Shown piece by piece: positions 63,991-64,000 of a DNA stretch of 64,000 nucleotides (the stretch's first letter is position 1; every line of letters starts with the position of its first letter). This stretch comes from Octopus sinensis. Its lineage: Eukaryota. A program made the position numbers and the translations under genes. The notes under the pieces were generated by a model, which ran no database searches, had not been told where the DNA came from, and saw only the letters and a program-made list of their open reading frames with translations. The stretch covers positions 1,302,001-1,366,000 of the forward strand of contig NC_043007.1 of assembly GCF_006345805.1 (NCBI RefSeq), written 5' to 3'.

Positions 63991-64000
63991 ATTTAATAAA

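Overview
AT-rich animal genomic DNA, dense in microsatellites, SINEs and LINEs. The repeat landscape suggests an octopod cephalopod (inference, not database-checked). One clear gene is present: the 5' part of MON2 on the + strand, 8 GT-AG coding exons from 38239 to 60159 that splice in frame (1008 nt, 336 aa). The gene continues past the window, and its first non-coding exon lies somewhere upstream of 38171. The rest is mostly mobile DNA: tRNA-derived SINE families, decayed RTE LINEs with a 66-bp VNTR in their 3' UTR, a nearly intact Penelope-like RT/GIY-YIG element, non-autonomous Helitrons, hAT/piggyBac/Tc1-mariner MITEs, and a TIR family carrying TTAGGG repeats. There is a 100-N gap at 12841-12940. 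The most notable observation is two minimal type I hammerhead ribozyme motifs (4579-4625, 54144-54185) that share the rare compensatory U3-A8 core (UUGANAA), a CAAUA loop II and a palindromic helix III. The second lies sense within a MON2 intron, inside a highly structured element. Other highlights are a 57-bp local sequence inserted into a Helitron terminal hairpin, a CpG-rich foldback near a candidate promoter, and a 55-bp exact flanking duplication around a MITE. Repeat boundaries were read by eye and are approximate unless stated as exact.
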